A DNA stretch of 62,501 nt, filler included, from Rhabdomonas costata (Eukaryota): the NCBI GenBank assembly GCA_019059605.1. It is 32 parts of 32 records of this genome, joined end to end, with 100 filler letters (N's around TTAATTAATTAA, not from the genome) between each part and the next. Parts side by side here need not be neighbours in the genome. Positions count along the whole stretch, not along the records: positions 11,741 to 13,571 come from JAHMHO010008133.1; positions 13,672 to 15,528 come from JAHMHO010008134.1; positions 15,629 to 17,510 come from JAHMHO010008135.1; positions 17,611 to 19,466 come from JAHMHO010008136.1; positions 19,567 to 21,422 come from JAHMHO010008137.1; positions 21,523 to 23,379 come from JAHMHO010008138.1; positions 23,480 to 25,338 come from JAHMHO010008139.1; 25 more parts are not named here. One strand, given 5' to 3'. Shown in pieces: positions 12,403-23,883 of the stretch. The notes beneath the pieces were generated by a model, which saw nothing but the letters and a program-made list of their open reading frames with translations, did not search any database and was not told the DNA's origin. The stretch's first letter is position 1, and each line of letters begins with the position of its first letter. Both the position numbers and the translations under genes were made by a program.

Positions 12403-13357
12403 GGGTGACCTCGAGATCTCTCTGCAACTTCGCCATGCAGTCCTGGGAGCTCTGAGACCGGTAAATACAGATTAGCAGCGTTATGGGTCTGCCAAATCAT
12501 CGCGCGCGCGGCGCGCGTACACACGCAGGAAGACACACACACATAAATATTCTGCTGTTCGCAAGCTGGGGGGCCCTTCTGGTGTGACAACTAAAAATGA
12601 ATTACTTTTTTTTTTACGCCAGGCCAGCAAAACAGAACACGCTCTGTGAAGACCCAAATTCGTCGCCGTAAATGGCCTCTAGGGCAGCTCAAAAAGGGCT
12701 AATACGGACCCTTCGAACGAGCGAGGGCGCTGCTTCACGGCATTCTCAGCTCCGCCAAGCGGAGCGAAGTTCCCGCGGGTGAACGCTTGTGATGCGATTA
12801 GCAGATCCAGCAGCTGCCGCCAGGGTCCTAAAAAAGAACTCCGCATTAATGGTAGTGGATTACCCCGCGAAGGGAAGGCGCATTTTAGCCGAGTCCTATT
12901 GCTCTTATGGCCTCTTCCTGACAGTACAGGGGATTAGATGGCGATGCACGGGTCCACTGGGATCTTTTCAGGACGTCTTGGGCTCCGGAGAGCAGCGGAA
13001 TGGCCCAATGTCCCAGGACCTTCCATCTGTTGGAGATGCATCTGCGGGTTACAGCGGGGGGGGGGGGGGAAGCAAAATGCACTTATGCCGGGAAGGAGCG
13101 CCACGCGAAGCGGTGATGGGGAAAAACAAACATTCAACAACTCACAACAATATGGCGTACAGATTGGGAAGCTGCCAAAGAAACTCAAACACCCCAGTAG
13201 AGAGAAAGCGAGGACAGCGGGTGGGGCCGACCCTTTGGCGGGCGAGGGCCTGCGTCCGCTCCGCCTCCTTGGCCGCCCAGGCCTGCTTCTGTTCCGCCAA
13301 CTCTGCCCGGCTGACGTCGAGATCTCTCTGCAACTTCGCCATGGAGTCCGGGGAGGT
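12403..13357 (-). CDS. Coiled-coil protein with duplicated exon starts
   Basis: Exon 13357-13232 encodes TSPDSMAKLQRDLDVSRAELAEQKQAWAAKEAERTQALARQR; a paralogous exon start SSQDCMAKLQRDLEVTR at 12451-12403 breaks off. Confidence 0.6.
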
Positions 13358-14032
13358 CTGAAATAGGCACAGAGCAAAGAGACTACGTCAGGATTGTTAA
13401 GATGCGCTCCGAGGCAAACGCCCCAACCCACCAATCAGCTGTTGGTGCACTTGGGGCGCTGCAGGTACGCCAGCAAAACATTTCTCTTTGCCACGCCAAA
13501 AAGGCTCTCTAAAGACTCAAATGTACCCCAGCCCCTTGGAAATGCGAAAAGGTGGAAAATCCCAAACCAACNNNNNNNNNNNNNNNNNNNNNNNNNNNNN
13601 NNNNNNNNNNNNNNNTTAATTAATTAANNNNNNNNNNNNNNNNNNNNNNNNNNNNNNNNNNNNNNNNNNNNGGTTGGTTGGGAAAGGTGAAACCGGCACC
13701 CAAAATCCTTTTTCACAAGGCAAAACGTTATTATCATGAAGACACAACGCAGGAAAAATTCAAAGATAAATCACGAAATTGGATGCACTTCGAGGCAGTG
13801 AAGAGTAGAGTGAGGAGGCAGCGAGGCGCACAGCGAACGTTAAGAAACAGAACAAACAGACACATCCCTAAGTCAAAGAAGAAAACATTCCCATCGAGGG
13901 TAAATTACTCTCGGTGTGCGTGTCTGGTGAGAGGATGCAGTTGGGGTGCAGTTGATTGGTCATCCCCACTGGCCATCAGCGCAGCTGACCCTTCTACACG
14001 GAGCCATGCGTGGTGCGTTTGTGTGTCTCAAG

Positions 14033-14712
14033 GAACCACTGGTTCTGGGGTGACACGCCTGCACGTCGACTCCGCTCAGCTGGAAGTTCTGCGCGTGCCC
14101 GAAGCGACCACCTCGTATGCAGCGAGCACATATGTTGCGTAGGACGGGGGGGGGCGTGGAAGGCTTTTGTGTGCGGATATTTCTTGCACAGCGTGTGCAC
14201 GTGCGTGGGGACTTAGACCGTTGCCAATAACAGTGTGCGTCCTTCAATTATTATGCAATAATGATAGTGCACTCCGCGAGCAGTGCTTGTTTTCACTCTC
14301 ATGTTTTTATTTCTTCGCCATTGCCTTTGCCTTTGCAGCGATGCATTGTTTCTCAATTCTGGTATTTGAGCGCTGGGATTCCAGCACCAATTTTTAGTGG
14401 ATTAGAGTGCCCAACCAAAAATGAGCACACTTGGTGCGCCTTTTATTTTTCTGATTTCAGCTGATAAGCATTGAATTCATATATTCTGTCGGACCTTTAT
14501 TTGCACTACCCCCGCCACACTTCAGGTTGAGCTTCTCTCTGCGGTTTCTGCTGGCCATATCCATGGCCCGGGTTCTCAGCCCCACCGTAATCCTGAAGCT
14601 TGCGCACAACGCCCCGCTGCAGGCCGTGTACGAGCTCCGCACGAAAGGCGGCGGATATTTTTCTACCACAGGGACAGTGCGGTACTTTTTGGCCCCTAAG
14701 ACGATGGTCTGA
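14033..14712 (+). CDS. Divergent PCNA-like sliding clamp, C-terminal 2 exons
   Basis: Exons 14033-14114 and 14526-14712 splice to GTTGSGVTRL...TTSLSFSLRFLLAISMARVLSPTVILKLAHNAPLQAVYELRTKGGGYFSTTGTVRYFLAPKTMV*(TGA), matching the PCNA pattern LxFxLRYL..A..LS.TV.L.....PL...Y...G.L.YYLAPK. Confidence 0.8.
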
Positions 14713-15995
14713 GTACACCCGCCACAACCAAACTCACAAGCGAAAGTTCACGAGAGCCTCCGTATTGCAGAGAGACCGTTGTGTTGCTCGTTACTTTGCC
14801 AAGATGAAAAGAATGGAACCCACTCCCACGCCCATCCGTCCGGAGTAGCGCCAACGCCCATCTGTATGGAGTAATATCCAAATTCCCACATACATCATCA
14901 GCGAACGCGAGCAGAATGACTTTTGAAGAACAGTTAAAGTACTGTGCTCTCGCAACACCTGGCCGTATTTGAATAAAGCAAGATGTGGTGTGAGGTTTGG
15001 GCCAAGCCCTAGCCAAGCAGGTCTTACAGTTGCAGCGCTGAAGAAAAACACAGCCAAGGGGTCGACCATTACCCAACAGGCGCGGAATGCATGTGGCTTG
15101 GCCTTGGTGGGCGATGTCTGTATGCATGGTCTGCCAATAAACAAAAGCCCCAAAAGAACCAACACATAATTTTGTCAAGGACACCGCTGGAAACCAGTAA
15201 TCAGACATGGCCGGTCATACGTCTGAGTCGTCTGCGTTCGATTCCCAGACACCGAGGAGAAAAGACACAAAGGACCAGAAAAGAATGGATGCTTAATGTT
15301 GGGCTTCAGCTGGCGGGAAAAAATCTGAAAAGAAAGCAAAAGCATAAAGGCACACAATGTCGGTCAAGGGCTCCGGGGACTGTTTGTTCCAAGCAAATGT
15401 CCAAAAACTCAAATGACATGTCACCACGTAGAGCGCAATCGAAATTTCCCGAAAAAAACGCGCAATCTCACGATCAAACGATGTCCCCGAACCACACGAA
15501 GCACACGAAGCAATTTTCACAACACCCCNNNNNNNNNNNNNNNNNNNNNNNNNNNNNNNNNNNNNNNNNNNNTTAATTAATTAANNNNNNNNNNNNNNNN
15601 NNNNNNNNNNNNNNNNNNNNNNNNNNNNGTGGGGTTGTATGAAAAGGCAAACTACACTTGCCATTTGAATTTCTGCTCTTGTGCGATGAAGCAAAGTGAA
15701 ACTTTTTTACAATCCCTTTGGTAGCGCTTTTTTTCACCTCTTACATTTAAGGTGGCACAGGCAATATATTAAGGCAATGCTTGTAAAGATACGAAAAACG
15801 CCCAGAACGGGCCCAGACGTCGCTGATAGTCGTTTTCTTCACTTTGCTTCATCGCACAAGAGCAGAAATTCAAATGGCAAGTGTAGTTTGCCTTTTCATC
15901 CAACCCATGCCCACAGAACATCAACTCTTGGATTCAAAGTTCGGGCTACTCAGACATTTTCCTGGCACAGCGGCGCACGACGCAACAGGCGATAC

Positions 15996-17013
15996 TTGAG
16001 CTGGGCTGACCGAAGCTTCCGAATCCTGCACAGGAAGTAATATAGAAGCAAGGCCTGACGCACAACAACACCGGATGATCAAAGGGGTAAATGTGTACAT
16101 AAAAACAGACTGAAGTCACAATGGCGCAGGGCTTGAAGTGAGTGAGTGATGCGCGTCAACAGGTAACTCTCCTCTTCACATCTTTGAAGATCCCAACAAC
16201 CCACTTTCAATCAAGATTCACAGGTTGCTCAGCACTTTTCTTTTTGCAGAGATATACAAACGCAAACAAACAAATACCAGCGGTACTGCTCGACTGGCCG
16301 AATCCACCGAAGCCACCTGCAGAAAGGGGCCAAAATAAGTGCGTTTGTGTGTGTTCTCAGCAAACAATTTTTGATTTGAAGGTAAGCTTTGGGCGCCGTG
16401 TGAATGCTCATGTGTGGGAATTTGTTTGGAGACGGTGGGGATCACGTCCGATCTCCAGGCAACAGTTCGTTGACCAATCGAGCAACTTGGGCTCATGCTC
16501 TGATGGCAAGGCACGTAAAATCCAAGACACAACTTTCGTGTATAAACCACGCTCGCATGCGAACCCGCTCCCAGGCGACAGAGATGCCAAGGGACATCTG
16601 CCTCGTTCCCTATTTCTCATTCGCAATCTTCTATCAGAATCCAGGAAACAGATGCTTCGCCTTCTAACGCCCCACGTAGCGTTTGGGAGGCCCAGTGTAC
16701 ATACAAAAGACCCAGGCATGCTTCGGCTTCGCCCTCGTAACATGTTCTCCTGCGGTCTAATACCCCACAAAATCTCATTCACTTGCACCGGCTCTCCATG
16801 CTTGAAGGGGGGGGGGGGTTAAACGTGACACTGGAGCAGCATGGTTGATGATTGCCATTGTAACTCTTGGTTTGGCCGACTGGATCTCCCTTTAGATTCT
16901 TGAAGGCACGAGAAAAAGATCGGACCAGGTCAGGAAACGCTCCAGGAGGTCACCTTTACTTTGGGGAAAACTTTGCACACATGTGTGAACTCTGAACAAG
17001 GCCGCAGGGAACC

Positions 17014-17058
<45 letters not shown>

Positions 17059-17510
17059 TAGGGTAGGGGGTTCACGCAACAGTTGTTACAACCCATCAGA
17101 CACAACAACAGAACAACGCCCGCAAACGCGGACGACTGCACACCAAATCCTTGAGAAGAGGAGGCCTGACCAAACCCAAAGCCCGCTGAAGAGGACTGGC
17201 CAAAGCCAAACCCAAAGGGCGACGACGACGATGACGAGCTTCCAAAGCCAAACCCAGAGGAAGCAGGCTGTCCAAACCCGAAACCGGAGGATGAGGGCTG
17301 GCCAAAGCCAAAGCCGGATGAGGAGGCCTGGCCAAAGCCAAAGCCAGATGATGATGGCTGACCAAAGCCAAATCCGGAGGAAGAGGGCTGGCCGAAACCG
17401 AATCCGGAAGAGGAAGGCTGGCTAAAGCCGAATCCGGAAGAGGAAGGCTGGCCAAAGCCGAATCCGGAGGAAGAGGGCTGGCCGAAACCGAATCCGGAAA
17501 TGGAAGGCTG
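15996..17510 (-). CDS. FG-repeat protein (nucleoporin-like), GFGFGQPSSS repeats
   Basis: Exon 17510-17144 has about 12 near-tandem 30-nt units encoding QPSSSGFGFG with synonymous variation. It splices in phase 1 to a 30-nt micro-exon 16025-15996 (GFGSFGQPSS). This frame is absent from the ORF track. Confidence 0.75.
17017..17057. repeat. (GT)n microsatellite, intronic
   Basis: About 20 GT units. Confidence 0.95.
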
Positions 17511-17913
17511 NNNNNNNNNNNNNNNNNNNNNNNNNNNNNNNNNNNNNNNNNNNNTTAATTAATTAANNNNNNNNNNNNNNNNNNNNNNNNNNNNNNNNNN
17601 NNNNNNNNNNGTTTTTTATTTTTCTTCATTTCTTCTCCACGCCACTTTTCCGTTTCACTCTACACTTTCGGTCTTCGTCTTCTTCTTCTTCTTCTTCTTA
17701 TTTGCGTCCGTCATCCCTAACTCATGACTTTTATAGTGCAGGAGGGAGGGGACATTCTAGGCAGAAGTCCCGTGCCAGTGGGATTCACAAGTTGCATGGC
17801 TTGCAAGCTCAGTTTTTATTTTTCTGAAATTGTGCAACTCAAGTTCCAAGCAGCTGTTGGTTTTGAATGCCAACGACATCCGTCACGCACATCGGACGGG
17901 GTGATTTACGCAG

Positions 17914-18663
17914 CCTCAATGGTGGCTCCCGCCGCTGCGGTGGCGGCGCCTGCGGTGGCATCCGCCGGAGCCGGGGGTTCGCGCAACCCAAAGATGCGAG
18001 GCCCTCCTGGGGCCAATTTGATGATCACTCACCTCCCCGTGGAGTTCACCGACAATGAACTGCGGCAGACTTTCGAGCCCTTCGGACAGGTGTCCCACAC
18101 CCGGTCACCTTGGGCGGGCAGGGCGGTACGGGCAGGCCACTTTTTCTTGACAACTGGAGAGAATGCGTGCTCCTCCTTTAATGGCAGTCCACATCTGAAG
18201 ATTGTGCATGGGATAATACCTGCCCCCGTGTCTTGGAGAGCTTGCGAAGCTTTTGCGATGCTTACTTCGCCTTTGCTCAGCTTCTCAGTGCGAACGTCTT
18301 TGTCGACCCGGCCACGAGCATCAGCAAGGGCTTCGGCTTTGTGAGTTACACGGACCCGATGATGGCTCAGCAAGCCATCGCTGCACTTAACGGCTTTGTG
18401 ATTGGCACCAAAAGGTCCGCTTGAGCGTTTTTGTTGGAAACCAACGTGACCTTGAAATCGAAAAAAGACGAAAGCAGAGTGAAACGCGAGGTCTAGTAAA
18501 TTATTAATAATTGTGTTGTTTATTATTAATAAAGCTCTGTTACGGCTTCATTTTTCAGATGACTGTTTCTGTGCTGTTTTATTCCGTATCCTCCCTTGGT
18601 TGTGCTTGTCATATTTGCAGACTAAAGGTGGAGCTGAAGGCGGAGAAATTCCAGCCCTATTGA
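17914..18663 (+). CDS. CELF/Bruno-like RRM RNA-binding protein (C-terminal RRM), 3 exons
   Basis: Exons 17914-18089, 18281-18414 and 18621-18663: [53 protein letters not shown]...AIAALNGFVIGTKRLKVELKAEKFQPY*(TGA); RNP1 is KGFGFVSY. Confidence 0.9.
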
Positions 18664-19420
18664 GGCAGAAAAATGGACGGGGCCCCGTGTGCACCATTAT
18701 TTCTTTCCCTCCCCTTCATTGGCGGCACCGATGTGAATTGCTGTGATATTGTGTGGATTGTGATCCGCTGTGCGCCAGTGCCCAGCTTTTCGTTCTTCTT
18801 TTTTTCTCTTCCGACTTACAGGCTTACACAACCCCAGCCTACTGGTGTCCTGCATTTGTGAAACAGCCGTCCAGAAGTCAGTATTTCGGGGAGCACCTGT
18901 CTGGCAATTCATTGCTTCGATGTATCTTAATCATCAGAACTTCTCGTCGAACATGTTCATGGGTTTGTTTTCTTGTGAAATTTCTGGGTGCACAGCAAGA
19001 AGATTCCAGGATAGTACAAGAATCAATGAGATGACCTGTGCAAATTATACATGAGGCTCGCTCTTGGGCGGCACTTCAGTGCAACGACAATTCGAACAGG
19101 GGTGAGGGCAATGACTCAGCTGTGTTGGCATTGAGCTTTAAAGGAGAGACGGTTGGCTCATACAGAACCGTGGGTCTCACTGGTGATTAGGCTTGCGCTG
19201 AGGGCAATAACTCAAGGTTTCCAAGCTTGCATCTCCCTTCTCATTGCGAAAATTCTTGCGAAAGAGGACTGGCCTTGCGGTCGTTTCGGTTCGTCTCGTT
19301 ATTATATAACTTTCGGGTTTGTTTTCCCTCTCCCCACGCTTGTCAAGTGCTTTTTTATTTCGAACAGGGGGTTCTCTCTCTTTGTTGGGTAAACCAACCC
19401 TTCTCCAACCCTATGGGGTC

Positions 19421-19466
19421 GATCAGCCGGCGTATGCGCTTCTTCTTCCACTTCTTCCGCATTCCG
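19421..19466 (-). pseudogene. Ribosomal protein eL41 (eS32)-like fragment
   Basis: GMRKKWKKKRIRRLI resembles MRAKWRKKRMRRL; similarity stops abruptly with no GT donor. Confidence 0.55.
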
Positions 19467-19566
19467 NNNNNNNNNNNNNNNNNNNNNNNNNNNNNNNNNN
19501 NNNNNNNNNNTTAATTAATTAANNNNNNNNNNNNNNNNNNNNNNNNNNNNNNNNNNNNNNNNNNNN

Positions 19567-20851
19567 GGGTTTTTCAGCGAGCCCCGTGTCTTGAGCCCGA
19601 ATCGCAGAAAACCCCGCAAGTTCGGCACGTCCCAGGTCTCCTCTATTCCTCCTCCCGAGGGGCGCGGCCGCCGGCTTCTACTCCCTCTGGTCTCGGGCCC
19701 AAAGCCTGCGAACTCTCTGCGGGTGGTCTGCATCTCTGACACCCATGGGCTTCACACCAACCTGAGGATCCCCCCGGGGGACATCCTGATCCACGCCGGG
19801 GACTTCTCGATGTTGGGGGAGATCGAAGCGGTGCGGCACTTCAGTGCGTGGCTGAGGAGCCTGCCTCATCGGTACAAGGTGGTGATTGCAGGCAACCATG
19901 ACGTGACATTTTAGCCGGAGTTCTACGCGCGGAACTGGAAGCGGTTCCACATCCGGCCGTACGACCCCGTGGAGGTTCGGGAGTGCCTAAGAGGCAGCTG
20001 CATTTACCTGCAGGACAGCGAGGTGAACATTGAGGGGATCGACATCTACGGCGCACCATGGTTTGTGCGTGGTTTGCCTTGCTGCGGTGGTTGGAACGTT
20101 TGTGGTGCTTTTTGATGTTTATTATTGGTGGTTTGCATATCGGCTTATTGCGCAGTTGAGTTACTGAGCTCTTATTGGCAATGCTGAGGTAGGTCCAGGG
20201 AACTGTGCATATTCTGCCCCGCCTTGAGAAAAAGAGATGATGAATTATTTGCCACTTAGGACCGCCGCTCTTTCATTTAAGGTTTGGTCAGCAGTTAAGC
20301 GTGCCATGATTCGCCTCCAGCCAGCAATAGTTCGTGTCAGAGTTGGACTGAAGGGATATACACATGTGGAAGTAGGCATACGGGCCCCTGCCGACGGGTC
20401 ATCGTCTGCCTTCCGGGGGGCTTGGTGAACTTGTTTGCCTGAACTCAGGCAGCCTGAGTTCTGCAATTGGGCCTTCAACCTTCCTCGGGGAGCCGCCCTT
20501 CGCGCCAAGTGGCAGGGCATCCCCGCGAATGTGGACGTGCTGGTGACTCACGGTCCTCCCGAAGGGCTTGGGGACAGTGTGTTATCAGACAACCCCGAGG
20601 AACCCATCCGTCATGTCGGATGTGTGGACCTGCTTCGCACGGTGCAGCGGCGAGTGCGGCCTCGGTTTCATGTCTTTGGCCACGTCCACGAGGGGTACGG
20701 TGCGTACACCGATGGGCAGACGAAGTTTATCAACGCCAGCAGCTGCGACCTGAAGTACCATGCCACCAACCTTCCCATCGTGTTTGACGTGCAGCCCCTG
20801 ATTCGGAACAGCTCCTCGGGAATTCTGGAGCCCCATTCTCCGAGTTTTTGA
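19567..20851 (+). CDS. Metallophosphoesterase, MPPED1/2 (239AB/FB)-like, 2 exons, with one in-frame TAG
   Basis: Motifs ISDTH, IHAGDF, GNHD, THGPP and GHVHE. Exon 1 runs to 20060 and exon 2 is 20449-20851 (YGAP|WQPEF). TAG at 19912-19914 lies inside exon 1. Confidence 0.92.
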
Positions 20852-21311
20852 GTGTCCTGGTTTTTTCGCAGTCTCGAGGCGTTCGTGGTTTTATTGGCCA
20901 TTGATTCCTGGCTGCTGACAGTGTCTACGATTCACGGGGGCAACGGCACTTGTTGGCGGTTGCTTTTGCTTCCCCCAAGAGCCTTGCCGTATGGGTCACT
21001 GCCTGGCACTGTCTCGCTTCGTGAAATCTCTGCTGTATTCTGCGGGCTTCCGATTGCGTGTGGCCTTGTTCCACACCTCACCCGATCCTGTTTGCTAGTA
21101 TAAGACAATCCGAAATACGGAGGGAGGGAGGGGGCGCTGTTGTTCGCCATGGAAGAGGGGAAGAGAGGGGTGAAGGACATTTTCACAAATCACAAATCAG
21201 CTTAGAGCGGGCACATCCGCCCTCGCGTTCAGAAAGTGCAGGACTGGCTTTCCATGGGAATAGCCGCCCTGCTTCTGAAAGCTCCATAGTTTGATTATCT
21301 GATCTTCTTTA

Positions 21312-21413
21312 TGAAAGTTTGTGAAAGATGCCGAGCGCATTACCCATCCGTCCGGCACTGCGGCTGAATGCCTTCGGATGGGTAATGCGCTCGGCATCTT
21401 TCACAAACTTTCA
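21312..21413. repeat. Perfect 39-bp inverted repeat at the contig end
   Basis: 21312-21350 is the reverse complement of 21375-21413, with a 24-nt loop. Confidence 0.95.
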
Positions 21414-23883
21414 CAAACAACANNNNNNNNNNNNNNNNNNNNNNNNNNNNNNNNNNNNNNNNNNNNTTAATTAATTAANNNNNNNNNNNNNNNNNNNNNN
21501 NNNNNNNNNNNNNNNNNNNNNNGTGTTTGTCAATTGCTGAGCAAGGCCTCCAAGCCCAGCACCTCAAATCGGGGGTGTCCCAGTGCTTGTCGCCTCCGTC
21601 CGCGAGTTCATGTGCCTGTATGCTCCCTTTGGTCATGGCAGCCCTTCCCACCCCGATTTTGTGCGGGGTCGTCATTTCTTATTATTGCCCTCATAAATAA
21701 CGTTTTGGAGCCCATGTTTGAGAAGTTTCTTTTTCCTCTTTGCTAAAATACTAGTCCTATTAAATGAAACAGACACTGCGTTCCCGATATTTGGCCTGTG
21801 CTGGCCACAGGAGTAGTGCTTTTGCTAACAAAGAAAGAGCTTCCTTTCCGAAAATAAACAGAGACATGGAGAAGTCGCACACCGCAGTGCCTGTGCCAGG
21901 AAGTCCTCATGTAGCTCCCCCACCACGGCAGCCTCGCGAAAGGCAGCCTCCAAATGGTTCTCATTTAAGGGGCACGCCAGGGAGGACGACGGTAGCAGGT
22001 GCACGGCGGTCGGAGAAGTGACCAGAATATCCGCCATTTCAAGGAATCAGTGGGAAAAGAGGGAGAAAGGGTTAAGGTCAAATGGCTATGGAGGAACGAG
22101 GGGACCCAGAAGCGTTTGCGTGAAATAGAAAAGCTTGAAAAACTTCTGCAAAGGAAGGAAGAAGTGGTACCAGAGTTCTGCAGATGACAGTGCAGAACAG
22201 TGGAATGGTCACCGCTTCTTACCGTTCCGATCGGCGCGCAGTGCATGGAATGACGTGCAACGATTTTGTTTTGTGTTCCGCACCGCATCGCAACGTAGTT
22301 TTACATCTCTTGCCACTCCATTCAGCGGCGTGAACACGGGAGGTCCACAAGCGAAAGGGTAAAGGCTCGAGGATCGGCCCCCGGGACGAACCTCGCCACA
22401 CGCCACACACACCTCGGGGTTCCGCATAAAAAAGCCCGCATGAGGTGTCCCCGATACAAAAGCACTTGGATATTCTGGGTTCCAATGAATGGTGCATTGA
22501 AAGGGAGGATTTGGTTAAATCAATTTCGCTGTAACGTGTATCGGCTGATCCCTTGCAAGGCCCAGAACCTCACTCCGCATAACTTGCGTCATCTCCTAAC
22601 CACCTGAGAGAGTCCCCGCGCAACATTAATGCATCCATACCCTGTCCGTAAAAATGCAAATTTGCAACGTAAACGGGGGGGGGTCCCACAAATAAAGCAT
22701 CGTAAGCCAAAAAATAGTTGTTCCACGCGTCGTATTAAAAGAAAAGGGCGTGATTTGCCCTCTCATCCCTTGTAACAGTCATGACATATGCCCCAACTGC
22801 TAACTCCCTGCAATTCTTGCACTGGATCACGCGGAAAGTTCTCACAGGTGAGTGGTGTACTCAGTGGGGTAGCACCCCAATTAACAAGCCTGATGACCAA
22901 TAAAAATGGTGGGCTTAGTTTGCTTCAAAGTGTTTCATCCCAATTTTCCTGGTGCAAAAAAACATAAAACTTCCACGCTTTCCACGAAAACGTCTCAGCA
23001 ACATACACACCCACTAAGATAGGGGACTTAGGAATGCAGCCCTGATTAACTGAATATATCGAATAAAATTATCTCCTTGCTCCCTTGACTTCAAAAAAAA
23101 GGTTTTCGTCGGACCTCAAAAATGAAGGAAGGGGTTCCGGGGAGTTCAGGTACCGAGGCAGTTGGGAGAGGGGGATGTCAATGGCAGCGAAGCAGATGAC
23201 GTGGAAGTCCAGTGCTACTTTGGTGCAGTCACTTGGCAGTCGAAGAAACACGGTAGATTCTATGTACGCGCTCCAAATCGTCGTTCCCAGAATCGAGAAT
23301 GAAAAACAACACAAGGCATCCAGCGCGGGCAGCACGAATACCCAAGCGAAGACAGCTCTCACACGCTAAACACCCAACANNNNNNNNNNNNNNNNNNNNN
23401 NNNNNNNNNNNNNNNNNNNNNNNTTAATTAATTAANNNNNNNNNNNNNNNNNNNNNNNNNNNNNNNNNNNNNNNNNNNNGTTTGAAGCCGTTGAACCTTA
23501 CACACATGAAACGCTGATTCTTTTCCGTTTTGATGGGATTGGAAAGGCCCGGACATTGTTTCTTGCTTTCCCTCACAGCATGGGGCAGACCTTCCAAGGG
23601 CAGATCGTGCCCTTGACTACCTCAGTTATCCGAGACCATCTCAAAGAGTATGAAGAAAGAGAGCAATAATAGAGACACTTCCAATTGCCCTTGCCCCATT
23701 TTCACTCGGCCTTCTGTGTGAACAAAGGACCTGTCTGTGCAGTGAGTGTTTTCCCTTTTGATTTTGGATCTACTGCAATTTTGAACTTCGTTGATCGGGG
23801 CTCGGTGAGTGGGGTGGGGAGCTCCATAGGTTTTTCATCGCGGACTCCTAATGGCAAGAATGCCTGCCTTGATTTTTCATTAG

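Noticed and set aside
21560-23290. Candidate minus-strand exons (ENHLEAAFREAAVVGELHEDFLAQALR; STVFLRLPSDCTKVALDFHVICFAAIDIP)
   Set aside because: They look protein-like, but I could not build a phase-consistent model or assign a family.
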